DNA from: Selaginella moellendorffii
Lineage: Eukaryota; Plantae; Lycopodiophyta
Length of the DNA: 64,000 nt
Direction: 5' to 3'
Assembly: GCF_000143415.4 (NCBI RefSeq)
Contig: NW_003314408.1
Coordinates: 62,001 to 126,000, forward strand
The notes under the pieces are model-generated. The model had not been told where the DNA came from, made no database searches, and saw only the letters and a program-made list of their open reading frames with translations. The translations under genes and the position numbers were made by a program. Of this stretch, positions 61,085 through 64,000 are shown in pieces (positions within the stretch are counted from its first letter, which is position 1; each line of letters opens with the position of its first letter).

Positions 61085-64000
61085 CTACGGGAAGCCGATC
61101 TCGTGCGCACCAAACTGCGATTGCTGGTGATGCTGCTGCTGATGGTGGTGATGGTATAAACCGATGGGATGATCTCTGCCAGGAATCCATCGCGCATCCA
61201 ATCCAGCACCAGCACCACCGCCACCACCACCAGCGGCGGCGGCGATTTCTCCCGCGACGAGAAAGCCAGCATCGTTGGGAGGTGGAAAGCCGAGGAAGGC
61301 GCCAGGCGTCGCGAGAGGAGGAGGATGTCCGAAACTCATTGGCGGAGCGCTGTGACCCGGTGGAAGATGCAAGCTGGCCAGCGGGGGGAGTGGCGGCTGC
61401 TGGTTGGAGCCATTTGGAGGGAAGAAGCTGTGAGGCCGCTGCTGCTGCTTGGAACTGTACAAGAGGTGGTGGTGAAGATCATGGTGGCCGAAAGCGGCGG
61501 CCGACGATGGTGGCGGAGCAAAGCCTCCTCCCTGGTGGAAGTGATGAGCGTGAAGCTGCTGCTGCTGCTGCTCAAACAGTGCCTGCTGCTGTTGTCGAGA
61601 GAATGATGGTCTCGCCGCTCGGGAGTATCCGGCACTCGCTTCGCCGTTCGCTTGCTGCTTTGCCTGGATCGATGCTCTCGAGCCTTGCGACGCCAAGGCC
61701 TGCTGGAGCTGCTGGAGCTGCAGCGCGGACGACTTCTGGTTGATCAGCGGAGGAGAGTGCGACCTGTAGAGGTTTGCTGGAGTAGTCACTGCTGGGCTTC
61801 CTCCTCCGTTGCTGGACGTGTCAAGCGGGTTCTCTGGCCGTTCGTTGGACGAGTTTTCCTGGGAGCCACTGTCCTTCGCCACCCCGAGGAAAGGATCGTT
61901 TGCCTTGCTGCTGCGCTGCTTCATGGCCTTCTTGAACTTGAGGAAATCGTTGAAGACGCCACTGTCAAGCTCCTCCGAAGGCTGTTTCCGGAGCTCCTGT
62001 CCCGGCGAAGTGTCGGCGATGACGTGCTGAGAGTTTCCGGAGCTCTTCTCCGGCACTTCTGGCTGCTTGTTCCAGGTTGGCCAGCTCGGGTGATGACTGT
62101 TGGTGTTCATGTACATCCCATCCAGTACCTCTGACGCAGCGTTCGATTTTTCAGGAACTGTGGCAGCGTTCTTCGGCAAAAGATGATTGTTCGTCTCGCT
62201 CGCCACCTTTGCGGAAAGCGGCGCATCAGTCGACCGGAGTTCCATCATAAACGACATGCCAAACAGTGCTTCTAGCGTTGCGGCACCAGACTCTTTTCCA
62301 TCCCTGGCTTCACGCTGTCCATCACACGGTTTAGCTTCCACTGGAGGTGCCTTGTGTTCGTTGTCGGGCTTCAAGGATGCCTTTTGCAGTAGAGACAGTA
62401 AATGTCGCGAAGCATCCGTATCCGCTTCTTTCGCAACCGAATGTCCCCAGTTGTCGTTCAATTGCTCATTGTGCGTTTCAGTTTTTGCCTCGGCCAGTAG
62501 TGATTGCTCTATATCCTCACATGTAAGGAACGTGCTGGAGCTTCCATGGTGATCCGAACCCGCACCATTGTCGAAACCTTTCTCGATGTCCTCAAGTGAC
62601 GGGCCGACTGGCATGGGTAGGATCAGCCCGTGCTGAACAACCTCAGACGATGGTTTCATCCCGGAGCTTTTAAGAGCAGGAGACCGTGGACTCTGGCCAC
62701 CATCTTTTGATGTACTCCCAGCAGAACCAAACAAGGACAGGAATTCCATGGTAGAGTTATCATCTGCTCCAAACTCAATGAGAACATGCGAAAATGTGAA
62801 AGGAAAGAGTACCTTCAAAGCTGAACAGATGAGCAAACTTCGATGACGTCCTGGTTAGGCGCGCATCCACTTTCTCAGTCTGCACAGAAAATCAGACGCT
62901 GCATTGAATTTATAACTTGACTACCACCTGGGGGCTGGAGGAAGGAACTGTCACGGCACCAGTGCTGTTTGAGATTTTTCCATTGCCAGAATCATTAGTA
63001 AGCGCGAAGGATTCGGCTTCCGTTAACGAGATGGCAATTGCGAGTGGATCGACAGCACCAGATGATTGCTGAAGCGGTATAACGTCGCCACCGATAGCCT
63101 TTTCTTCTTTAGTCTGGATGCCTTAAGAGCATCAGAAACCAGATATAGGACTGAAGCTTTACCTCTTCGTTGTTCTGCTCCTTTCTGGCGCTCGTCTTTT
63201 TACTAAAGCCAGGAGGTACCAAAGGCCGCGATCCTTGTTTCGCATTCTGCTCTACTGGTAGTACTTTAGTATCGTCGTCACGTTTCTTTTCCTCCTGACG
63301 TTTCCTCTCCTGTTGTTGCTCCTTTCGCATCGACTCGAACGACTCTGCAAGTTTAAGTTGAGACAAGAATGAGCGTAAATACGAAGGTCCAGCAAATTAC
63401 CTCGTCTTTTGCGCTCTTCCTCTTCTCTATCCTCAGTAGAAATTTTCTCTCCGAAAGTTTCACCATCAATAGCGTCTAGATCATTCCGATATCCACCAGA
63501 AAACTGATCCAAGGCAATTCAGCTTGGAAAGAGAACACAAAATCGTCAAACATCTTACTTTGTTGGGACGCGTATCATTGGCATTGTTCCGAGACCCTCT
63601 GCCACCTCCAACGAAGCGGTCGGAACCTCCAGGATAAGCCCCACGTAGACCGCCACCACTTCCAAGTAAACCATCGTGCTCAGAGGCAGCTCCATCCCAG
63701 TGTCGCCCACCCCTCTCCCTCTCCCGATCAATAGAGCTACGATGATCCCACCTAGTCTGACCCGGTCCTTGTCGACTAGCACTAGTACGAAACGGACTTG
63801 AAAAAGAAGATCCTTCCTCGTCATAAGCTTTCCTCCTAGCCGGACCCTGAGAAAGAAGCCCCCCTCCATTCCCAGAGTTCCTATTTCGCCACTCAGGAAC
63901 ATCGTGACCAAAGTCACGATCTCGACGGTGTAAGAACTTGGTTCCAGGAGAAACCCCACTGTCCACTAAGTCGGGTGAGGGGGAGTCTCTGCAGACACCT
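61085..64000 (-). CDS. AT4G01290/CBE1-like (eIF4E-binding, 4E-T-like) protein; 5' end outside the window
   Basis: Multi-exon. Motifs SEHDGLLGSGG, DGETFG...EDREEEERKRR/ESFESMRKEQQ, LVPPGF, ASRHLLSLLQK, TLEALFGMSFMMELRS; Gln/His/Pro-rich C-terminus ending GFP*. Confidence 0.72.

Overview
Plant nuclear genomic DNA. The very short GT-AG introns (about 47-60 nt), dense genes and lycophyte-like gene content suggest Selaginella; this is an inference, not a database result. Left end (<1-4961): a 10-exon gene of at least 1,500 codons that I reconstructed by hand. It appears to join a ParB/DGQHR-like N-terminal domain, a degenerate beta-class DNA amino-methyltransferase-like domain, an acidic/repeat linker and a C-terminal FCP1/NIF HAD-phosphatase-like domain. 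It has three in-frame TAG codons but no frameshift. It carries seven copies of a 22-bp palindrome (consensus ATGGCGTGAGGCCTCACGCCAT): four in introns, two in an exon and one just after the stop. This gene-plus-palindrome unit is the best candidate for an undescribed system. 5.3-18.4 kb: nested LTR retrotransposons. A self-priming Tf1/Tcn1-type chromovirus has a shared LTR and an internal 1.87-kb inversion, and is interrupted by a 7.7-kb long-LTR element with a decayed interior. 18.8-32 kb: a duplicated and rearranged bHLH121-like / bulb-lectin receptor kinase gene pair, plus AT-rich foldback repeats. 35.1-40.1 kb: a full-length short-LTR Ty3/Gypsy element. 40-45.4 kb: an LRR-RLK pseudogene and two copies of a small AT-hook + Dof-like zinc-finger gene. 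45.5-64 kb: ordinary genes on the minus strand: HAESA/HSL-type LRR-RLK, SCAR/WAVE, a PLP-dependent transferase-like gene, a UGT and a CBE1-like gene.
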